A stretch of DNA of 63,286 nt, the filler included, from Octopus bimaculoides (Eukaryota), in NCBI RefSeq assembly GCF_001194135.2. It is 4 parts of 3 records of this genome, joined end to end, with 100 filler letters (N's around TTAATTAATTAA, not from the genome) between each part and the next. Parts side by side here need not be neighbours in the genome. Positions count along the whole stretch, not along the records: positions 58,622 to 63,286 come from NC_068999.1; 3 more parts are not named here. One strand, written 5' to 3'. The stretch's first letter is position 1; every line of letters starts with the position of its first letter. The notes beneath the pieces were generated by a model that was not told the origin of the DNA, searched no databases, and worked only from the letters and a program-made list of their open reading frames with translations. A program made the position numbers and the translations under genes. Below, one piece after another: positions 63,273-63,286 of this stretch.

Positions 63273-63286
63273 CATTTATATATATA

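Overview
This is AT-rich eukaryotic DNA, extremely rich in microsatellites, with about 10 kb (roughly one sixth) of the window being N gaps. The SINE repertoire and microsatellite density resemble Octopus (cephalopod) genomic DNA; that is my inference, not verified. No host protein-coding gene can be called with confidence. Almost all long ORFs in the supplied track are microsatellite or N-gap artefacts, and several exon-looking segments turn out to be LINE remnants. The window holds dozens of tRNA-derived SINE copies (at least four families), R4/Dong-clade LINE fragments sitting in (TAA)n tracts, RTE LINE remnants, two decayed Tc1 transposases, and several MITE or fold-back elements. Three TTAATTAATTAA scaffold linkers are assembly artefacts. 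Best discoveries: (1) a complete type I hammerhead ribozyme of the Penelope/minimal kind (minus strand, 49768-49864). It has a loop II expanded by 12-bp tandem repeats and sits between near-perfect 83-bp inverted repeats; decayed hammerhead relics occur elsewhere. (2) Twice, a Dong LINE lies tail-to-tail with the (TTA)n tail of the same SINE family, suggesting SINE tails create target sites for a TAA-specific LINE. (3) An RFX X-box/E-box cluster at 11.76-12.2 kb, flanked by outward-facing splice donors, may be a bidirectional promoter. Most repeat boundaries were read by eye and are approximate.
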